DNA from: a virus
IMG/VR virus record: IMGVR_UViG_3300043409_001462
Span: 1 to 64,000 of that record
Reading direction: 5' to 3' (one strand)
DNA: 64,000 nt
A program made the position numbers and the translations under genes. This document shows, piece by piece, positions 57,901-64,000 of the stretch. How positions within the stretch are numbered: position 1 is the stretch's first letter; each line of letters starts with the position of its first letter. The notes below the pieces were generated by a model. It had not been told where the DNA came from, did not search any database, and saw nothing but the letters and a program-made list of their open reading frames with translations.

Positions 57901-58050
57901 GGCGCAGGTGGCACTGGTGGTTCTGGCGTTGTGATTATTTCTATACCGACAGCAAACTATACAGCAGCTACAACTGGTTCACCAATAGTAACAACAAATG
58001 GTTCAAACACCATCATTAAATTCACAGCATCTGGTTCTTATACGGCTTAA
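54925..58050 (+). CDS. tail fibre/adhesin with two LamG (ConA-like) domains and a Gly-rich C-terminus
   Basis: GDFTIECW...WYHLALVR...LYING...RVVKG twice; FTGDGSTTTF domain; Gly-rich end. Confidence 0.8.
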   Translation: MAVQKILSQQIANTGGTAGQVLVANSTGVTWGDANNATNLGGVAAASYVNTAGAYTRTGVTTFNANAVIGPTGELVFDANSGIYANGSLGTAGQVLTSNATTIYWANSSGGGGGFTNGQSISVNNFVVSGSFTANGSVGASGQTLLSTGTGVQWGTNSPAYNYSTQLNGAAHFFTFPSNAAFGFGTGDFTIECWIYPIILSAGSQPLIDFRNANSGAYPTLFINGSTVSYYVNSATRISAGSTISNNNWYHLALVRISGSTKLYINGVQSGSTYADTTNYLTSPITIGNFNDGVGGSYTNGLITNARVVKGTGVYTGAFTVPTSPLSAISGTSLLTCNSITPSDSSSYNFAPINNGLAVGTATQSPFTSTTVSIPTSSLTAVNQQFTGDGSTTTFSVAGGYTPNAIAVYYNGLKLRNGSDVTVTNGSTVVFAIAPQIGAMLDVVASVPTTYSSITPVGYSVLFNGTNQYFTIPNNTAFTMGTSDFTIEYWAYITSGSRDSSVYAKGATSAIYRLTTGFNTSNQVTAGIPNAAGNGWTQLLVGSAVSVNKWVHVALVRSAGTATLYLNGIAVASGAASNSLYDDGTALAIGTTGSVTPASYFAGYISNLRVVKGVAVYTGSFLPTGPLAAVQLATSTQSAITGTQTSLLTCNGPTIIDGSTNAFTITNNGTATVSTAIVPTFTNVTVTNTSNTAGGFSWQSVQSTNFTAVAGYAYPVNTTAGSITVTLPASPSPGNIVQITDYAGTFGTYPVTAVRNGSLITGLTINATLGSSRGSYSFVYIDSTQGWITYSVSVTNIFQPYAATYLMVAGGGGGSGGSTGAWEGGGGGAGGLLTGSTNLSPGTTYSFVVGGGGPGGAGGSSAGTSGSNSTGFTLSAIGGGNGRGSVGAGGAGGSGGGTWNGAGGAGTVGQGNAGASGNATNAAGGGGGAGAVGGLSNGGVGAASSITGSAVTYAGGGGGSQGGVGGAGGGGNAFNPGTANLGGGGGGGSSSMGAGGTGGSGVVIISIPTANYTAATTGSPIVTTNGSNTIIKFTASGSYTA

Positions 58051-58059
58051 AGGTAAACA

Positions 58060-58536
58060 ATGACACAGATTCAACAATTAGGTTTTCTTGCTAATAATTT
58101 GACTGTAAATACAGCGGCCAATACAGCTACGATCACGAATGCATTGGTTGTTGGTAATAGTTCTGTTAATGTTGTTATTAATTCTTCTTCTGTTTATGTC
58201 AGTGGTGCTGCTCTTGGTGGTTCAACTAATGTCGCCGCTCAATATGCATGGACTAATACACATACATTTGGCGCCAATTTAACCATATCAAATACTTCTG
58301 AATTGATTTTAAGTACCAATGCTGGTATCTATGCTAATGGCTCGTTGGGCACAGCTGGTCAGTTATTAACATCCAATGGCACAACTGTTTATTGGTCTAC
58401 TGTTGCTGGTGGTGGGTTTACCAATGGTCAGTCTATTATGGTGTCTAATGTTGCTTTTTCAAATACATCAAACACAGCATCAGCTTATACATTCTATAAC
58501 ACATCAACAGCAAGTCTTGATACGGTATTTGTTTAA
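58060..58536 (+). CDS. short fibre-associated protein
   Basis: Shares GIYANGSLGTAGQLLTSNG..VYW and FTNGQSI modules with neighbours. Confidence 0.7.
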   Translation: MTQIQQLGFLANNLTVNTAANTATITNALVVGNSSVNVVINSSSVYVSGAALGGSTNVAAQYAWTNTHTFGANLTISNTSELILSTNAGIYANGSLGTAGQLLTSNGTTVYWSTVAGGGFTNGQSIMVSNVAFSNTSNTASAYTFYNTSTASLDTVFV

Positions 58537-61421
58537 TGGCATTAACTTCTAGATTAACATCAGCTGGCGACTTTTTAGTTACAAACCAGTTTGACGAATA
58601 TACATTACCAAGTAGTTCATATGCTACAGTATTCAGTGGTAGCCAATATCTTTCAACGCCAAACAGTAATGCTTTTGCTTTAACTGGCAATTTTACTATT
58701 GAATGTTGGGCATATTTTAATAATTTTAGTGATTACAGAACAGTTATAGGTATGTATGCATATGGTGCCTATTCAGGAGAATGGATTTTTCAACATATAA
58801 CAGGTACTAGTAAGATGGGGTTTTACCTAACTACAATAGGTAGTATAACATCAGGTCCAACAACCCTTAGTACAAATACCTGGTATCATATTGCTATGGT
58901 AAGATCAGGCACTACAATTACAGCATATATTAATGGTGTTTCTCAAGGAACATTAACATCTTCTGCTACAATAGGATATAATAACGGACCTCTTTATATT
59001 GGAGCGCCTCAAAATATTGGTTCTGCTAGAATGAACGGATTTATATCTAATGTTCGTATAGTTAATGGTACAGCATTATATACTTCAGCTTTTACGCCTC
59101 CAATATCACCGTTAACTGCCATCACAAACACTTCATTTCTTACCTGTCAAAATCCAACAATCATTGATAATTCAACTAATGCATTAACTATAACAAACAA
59201 TGGTACAGCAACAACAACCAATGTTCCATCTACATTCTATAGTGGTTTGTTTAACGGTAGTTCTCAATACTTAACTGGGGGTGGAGGCAGCACATCTCTT
59301 TATCTTGATGGCGCTTTTACTATAGAATTTTGGATAAATGGAAGCGGTGGTGGTTTTTATAGATATATGTTTTCAAAGTTAGCTGCATATACAGCAACGA
59401 ACAATGTAAGTTTAGCTTTTAGAAACGGAAATGGTACTGCTTTCGCAATCTTTAGAGGCGGGGCTGGTGGAAGTGCGGTAGTATTTTCTGGAGGAACCGT
59501 AACAGATGGTGTTTGGTATCATATTGCTATTGTTCGTAATTCAGCCAGTAGTTTGTATAAAGTTTTCATTAATGGTGTAGGATATAATTGGGCGATAAAT
59601 GATAATGGCGTGTTTGATTACAGCACTTTTACTATAATGGGCAATCCAAACGATGGCGGTTCTTCTCTTGCTCAAACAGCAACTGGTGGATATCTATCCA
59701 ATCTTAGAGTTGTTAAAGGAACTGCATTATACACCACTAACTTTACTCCACCAACAAGACAACTAACAGCTGTGGCTGGTACATCATTATTAACGTTACA
59801 ATCGCCGACTATAATTGATAAATCTAATACACCATTAACTATAACTAATAATGGAACTGCAGTTGTAAAAAATCCAATATCATGGAATACAGTAAAAAGA
59901 GAATTTTCTGATGGAACATTCCAAACATTTAACGATATTGATGAGTATACATTACCAAATAGTGTATATGCCACACAATTTAATGGTAGCTCTCAGTACT
60001 TGAGTTTAGCATCTAATGCAGCATTTCAACCAGGTTCAGGCAGTTTTAGTATTGAAGCTTGGATATATCCATTAAATACGTCTCAAGGGTGTATAGCTTT
60101 TTTTGGCGGAACAACCTCTTATTGGGGCATACGTTTTGAAAGAAACTCTGGCGGCGGATTACAAGTTCTATTAACAACAGATGCTGCTTCTTGGCAAATT
60201 AATTATACTGCAGGAAGCGTAACAAATAATGTTTGGAGTCATGTAGCTCTAGTAAAAAATGGAACCTCTGTTTTAATATTTCTTAATGGTGTGCAAGTAG
60301 GTACAACTCAAACAATATCTGGTTCGGTTTACACAGGTGGAACTTTGAATCAAATTGGTGTTTGTTATAATGTTAATTATTTTAATGGTTATATTTCTAA
60401 TTTTAGATTTGTTAAAGGTACAGCATTATACACAGCAGCATTTACTCCATCAATAGCGCCATTAACTGCTATTACAAATACATCTTTATTAACTTGTCAA
60501 AATCCAACGATCATTGATAACTCAACAAATGCATTTACTATAACCAATAATGGTTCAGCAACAACCTCTAAAGTAACAACAGGTGCTAGTTTTATACAAA
60601 CAAAAAGTAGATTGTTTAGTGATGGAGTTTTGCAGGTTGCTAATAGTTTTGATGAATACTCAATATCAGTATTGAACGTTGATTACCTTGTTGCAGCTGG
60701 TGGCGGTGGTGGTGCTGGTTATGGGTTGAATGTTGGTGGTGCTGGTGGTGGTGCTGGTGGCTTACTAACAGGTTCCTCTGTACTAGCAAGATCAGTATTA
60801 TATACTGTTGTTATTGGTAGCGGTGGTGCTACTGGCGGAAATAATGCTAGTGGTGGAAATGGTTCGGATAGTTCGTTTACTGGAACTGGTATATCTGTCA
60901 CATCGAAGGGTGGTGGTAAGGGTGGATTCTGGAATAACGAAGCTGGTAACGGTGGTTCTGGTGGTGGTTCAACTGGCGGTGCAGGTACAGTTGCTGGTAA
61001 AGGTGTTTATCCTGGATCAACTTATCTTGATGCACCAAGACAAGGTTATGATGGTGCACTTGGTAGCGGCAACTTAGGTTATACAGCTAGTACTGGTGGT
61101 GGTGGCGGTGGTGCTGGAGGTGCAGGATCAGGATCAACAGGCGGTACAGGTGTTGCTAGTTCTATTACAGGAACCAGTGTCACATATTGCGCTGGTGGTT
61201 CTGGTGGATCGTATAGTTCAGCATCTCCTGGATCAGCCGCTCTTGGTTGTGGTGGTAGAGGTGCTTACAGTAATTTCAGTGAATTGGGTGGTTCTGGTGT
61301 TGTTATTATTCGTTTCCCAGAAGCATTCCCACCAACATCTACAACTGGCTCACCAACTGTTACTAATACTGGTGGATATAAGATTTACCAGTGGACTTCA
61401 TCTGGCTCTATTACTTTCTAA
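58536..61421 (+). CDS. adhesin with three LamG domains and a Gly-rich C-terminus
   Basis: Three F(T/S)IExW...W.H.A.V...SN.R.V.GTALY units; Gly-rich end. Confidence 0.8.
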   Translation: MALTSRLTSAGDFLVTNQFDEYTLPSSSYATVFSGSQYLSTPNSNAFALTGNFTIECWAYFNNFSDYRTVIGMYAYGAYSGEWIFQHITGTSKMGFYLTTIGSITSGPTTLSTNTWYHIAMVRSGTTITAYINGVSQGTLTSSATIGYNNGPLYIGAPQNIGSARMNGFISNVRIVNGTALYTSAFTPPISPLTAITNTSFLTCQNPTIIDNSTNALTITNNGTATTTNVPSTFYSGLFNGSSQYLTGGGGSTSLYLDGAFTIEFWINGSGGGFYRYMFSKLAAYTATNNVSLAFRNGNGTAFAIFRGGAGGSAVVFSGGTVTDGVWYHIAIVRNSASSLYKVFINGVGYNWAINDNGVFDYSTFTIMGNPNDGGSSLAQTATGGYLSNLRVVKGTALYTTNFTPPTRQLTAVAGTSLLTLQSPTIIDKSNTPLTITNNGTAVVKNPISWNTVKREFSDGTFQTFNDIDEYTLPNSVYATQFNGSSQYLSLASNAAFQPGSGSFSIEAWIYPLNTSQGCIAFFGGTTSYWGIRFERNSGGGLQVLLTTDAASWQINYTAGSVTNNVWSHVALVKNGTSVLIFLNGVQVGTTQTISGSVYTGGTLNQIGVCYNVNYFNGYISNFRFVKGTALYTAAFTPSIAPLTAITNTSLLTCQNPTIIDNSTNAFTITNNGSATTSKVTTGASFIQTKSRLFSDGVLQVANSFDEYSISVLNVDYLVAAGGGGGAGYGLNVGGAGGGAGGLLTGSSVLARSVLYTVVIGSGGATGGNNASGGNGSDSSFTGTGISVTSKGGGKGGFWNNEAGNGGSGGGSTGGAGTVAGKGVYPGSTYLDAPRQGYDGALGSGNLGYTASTGGGGGGAGGAGSGSTGGTGVASSITGTSVTYCAGGSGGSYSSASPGSAALGCGGRGAYSNFSELGGSGVVIIRFPEAFPPTSTTGSPTVTNTGGYKIYQWTSSGSITF

Positions 61422-61450
61422 TAAATAAGTAAAATAACAGGTAACAATCG

Positions 61451-64000
61451 ATGGCAAAACTCAATTCAGGCACAAGAATATACGGTACAGCTAACGTCGA
61501 TACCAGCATTGGCATCGGTGGTAACTTAGTTGTCAATAATACTACGTTAACAATTACTGGTAATACTACGACTGCTCCAACTGCTATTTTTCAAGGCGCT
61601 AACGTAATTATTGGTAACTCTTCTATTACTGGAGCTCCACAAGCAATATTTGCTAACTCTCTTGGTAATACCGTAATAAGCACTACATCCTTTGTATTAT
61701 CTAACTCTACAGCAGTACCATTTACTGCTAATCTTTCTGGACTGTATCACACAGGTGTTATTAATGCTGCATCCCATACAACAGGCGCACCTTTAACAGG
61801 TACAGGCGGTATTACTGCTAACGTAACAACTATAGTTGTTGGTAATAATACAATTAACACTACAATTACCTCTGCTGGTTTAACAGTTAATGGTACAGCT
61901 GTTATTGCAAACTCTATTGGTGTTTATAGCACAGGTACGATCAACGCTGCTTCACATACTGTTGGTACTAGCTTTATTGCAAACAGCACTCAGTTAACAA
62001 CAACATATCCAACAGTTCATACTGCAAACGTTACTGTTAATGGCGCTATTATTGCAAACGCTACATCAGGCACTGCTGGTCAAGTACTGACATCAGCTGG
62101 TACTGGTAACGTATACTGGTCAACTGCATCTGGCGGTGGCGGTGGGTTTACCAATGGTCAGTCAATTTCAGTCGCTAACCTTGCAGTTACTGGTTCGCTG
62201 ACTGCTGGCGCATCAGTTGGTACATCTGGACAAGCATTAGTATCAACTGGTACTGGTGTACAATGGGGTGCATTGTCACCTGGATATAATTATAGTTCGC
62301 AGTTCGGTGGTGGTAATCAATATCTTGGTATTACTGCTTCAAACGCAGCATTTGGTTTTGGTACTGGTGAATTTACAATAGAAGGTTGGTTTTATCCAAC
62401 TCTTAATCCTGCAAATGGTGTTGGCACTATTTTTGAATTTAGGGTGACGAATAACGCATCTGCTCTTACAATGCGAATCAACACTTCGCTTCAATTAGTG
62501 TTTTATGATGGTGGCGCGAACGTAGAAACTGCATTTACAACTAGAACAGTTTCTTTAAATGCATGGCAGCATGTAGCATTTGTTAGAATTGGTAATACAG
62601 TATATGGATATATCAATGGATTATTAGCAGGAAGTGTTGCAGTAACTTCTAACCTTGGTAGTTCTCAACCTTTTTATATAGGCACAAATCAAACTGCTGG
62701 TTATAATTATTACGGATTAATTTCTAATGTTCGTGTTATTAAAGGAACTGGAATTTATACAGGTGCATTTACGCCGCCAACTTCACCACTTTCAGCTATA
62801 TCAGGCACATCAGTATTAACTTGTAATGCTATAACACCAACATCTGATTCATCAACGAACGCATTTCAATTTACGAATGGTAATGGCGTCACCACAACAG
62901 CCACTCTATCCCCATTCACATCCACAACAGTATCAATACCAACAGCATCACTAACCGCTGTCAGACAACAGTTCACTGGTGATGGGTCAACTACAACATT
63001 TGCTGTTGCTGGTGGATATACACCTAATGCCATTTCTGTATTTGTTAACGGTGTATTACTTCGCAATGGTACTGAAGTAACAGTAACGAACGGTTCAACT
63101 GTTGTGTTTGCTATTGCTCCTTTGAGTGGAGCATTGATTGATGTTATTGGAACTGTTCCAACAACTTATAGTTCGATTACACCTGTTGGATATAGTGTTG
63201 GGTTTAATGGAAGTAGTCAGTATTTAAGTGCTACTAATAATCCAGCATACGTTTTTGGAACTGGTAATTTTACTGTTGAACTATGGTTATATCCAACATC
63301 TGTTACAGCTTCAACTACAACTAAAGTTATAATGTCTACCTATCAAGATGCGTCTAATGGTTGGACTATCGGATTAAACAACACAAACAATTCTCTCTAT
63401 GTATCAGTTGCTGGTGACAGTGCAACGATTACTGATGGTTCTGGCACAATTGCAATAAATCAATGGTATCACATTGCTTTGGTTCGTAACGGTACAACAT
63501 TAACTTTATATAAAAATGGCGTAAGCATTGGAACACCATTAACTAATTCAACAAATATATCATCAACTTCAATACTTTCAATTGGTGCGTCAACTGGAGG
63601 AACTTTATTTTTTCCTGGGTATATTTCCAATGCTCGTATTACAAAAGGTGTAGCAGTTTACACCAACAACTTTACAGTCCCTCCTTCTCCATTAGCAGCA
63701 GTACAATCAGCTTCTGGTGCTTATATCCAAGCAATTACTGGCACACAAACATCACTACTCACTTGCAACGGACCAACTATTATTGATGGTTCAACCAACG
63801 CATTTACGATAACTAATAATGGTTCTGCACCAGTATCAACTTCTATTGTGCCTACGTTTACTAATGTTACGATTACAAATCCTATTACCTCCTTTTTGGC
63901 ATCTTATCTTGTTGTTGCTGGTGGTGGTTCTGGTGGTGCAACCAGTTCTGGTACTAGTTCTGGTGGTGGTGGGGGTGGTGCAGGAGGGGCGCTTACAGGC
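61451..64000 (+). CDS. partial LamG/Gly-rich tail fibre, paralog of 54925..58050 (runs off the window end)
   Basis: ATG 61451 (MAKLNSGTRIYG); the frame matches the window end (...GGGGAGGALTG); missing from the track because there is no stop; LamG and FTGDGSTTTF modules. Confidence 0.8.
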   Translation, partial: MAKLNSGTRIYGTANVDTSIGIGGNLVVNNTTLTITGNTTTAPTAIFQGANVIIGNSSITGAPQAIFANSLGNTVISTTSFVLSNSTAVPFTANLSGLYHTGVINAASHTTGAPLTGTGGITANVTTIVVGNNTINTTITSAGLTVNGTAVIANSIGVYSTGTINAASHTVGTSFIANSTQLTTTYPTVHTANVTVNGAIIANATSGTAGQVLTSAGTGNVYWSTASGGGGGFTNGQSISVANLAVTGSLTAGASVGTSGQALVSTGTGVQWGALSPGYNYSSQFGGGNQYLGITASNAAFGFGTGEFTIEGWFYPTLNPANGVGTIFEFRVTNNASALTMRINTSLQLVFYDGGANVETAFTTRTVSLNAWQHVAFVRIGNTVYGYINGLLAGSVAVTSNLGSSQPFYIGTNQTAGYNYYGLISNVRVIKGTGIYTGAFTPPTSPLSAISGTSVLTCNAITPTSDSSTNAFQFTNGNGVTTTATLSPFTSTTVSIPTASLTAVRQQFTGDGSTTTFAVAGGYTPNAISVFVNGVLLRNGTEVTVTNGSTVVFAIAPLSGALIDVIGTVPTTYSSITPVGYSVGFNGSSQYLSATNNPAYVFGTGNFTVELWLYPTSVTASTTTKVIMSTYQDASNGWTIGLNNTNNSLYVSVAGDSATITDGSGTIAINQWYHIALVRNGTTLTLYKNGVSIGTPLTNSTNISSTSILSIGASTGGTLFFPGYISNARITKGVAVYTNNFTVPPSPLAAVQSASGAYIQAITGTQTSLLTCNGPTIIDGSTNAFTITNNGSAPVSTSIVPTFTNVTITNPITSFLASYLVVAGGGSGGATSSGTSSGGGGGGAGGALTG

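Noticed and set aside
53900-61300. GGT-rich runs as microsatellites or phase-variable tracts
   Set aside because: They are in-frame poly-Gly codons with mixed third positions
50222-64000. Diversity-generating retroelement, suggested by the Mtd_N-like domain and duplicated segments
   Set aside because: There is no reverse transcriptase in the window. Both copies of each duplicate are coding and differ mainly at synonymous positions, not specifically at adenines

Overview
This window is a 64-kb piece of a T4-like (Tevenvirinae-type) myovirus genome. The host is probably an alphaproteobacterium, judging from a permuted two-piece tmRNA with a GGCAGUA T-loop and an Omp25/RopB-style outer-membrane protein. 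Positions 1-5.6 kb are an early accessory region: consensus sigma70 promoters (two in an exact 77-bp repeat), DUF932, a HAD phosphatase and many small ORFs. Positions 5.6-10.7 kb hold the tmRNA, tRNA-Arg(UCU), the Omp, gp33, a GT25-methyltransferase fusion, gp59 and gp32. Positions 10.7-16.7 kb (minus strand) hold gp4, gp2, a gp54-like gene, gp26 with a start-less gp51-like frame, a holin-like gene and a tape-measure-like protein with two peptidoglycan hydrolase domains. Positions 16.7-37.8 kb are the baseplate genes (gp48, 53, 27-like, split gp5, PAAR, 25, 6, 7, 8, split VrlC/DUF4815). Positions 37.8-64 kb are a long array of modular tail-fibre/adhesin genes. Four observations stand out: (1) a small hydrophobic ORF with a stem-sequestered RBS inside the excised intervening segment of the permuted tmRNA; (2) a candidate lambda G/GT-like -1 frameshift fusing gp26 to gp51; (3) a recurring pairing of a C-terminal DGGxF motif with an N-terminal GELA domain in consecutive fibre genes; (4) a homologous C-terminal tag shared by unrelated hub and tube proteins. 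All assignments come from motif recognition and synteny; no database searches were run.
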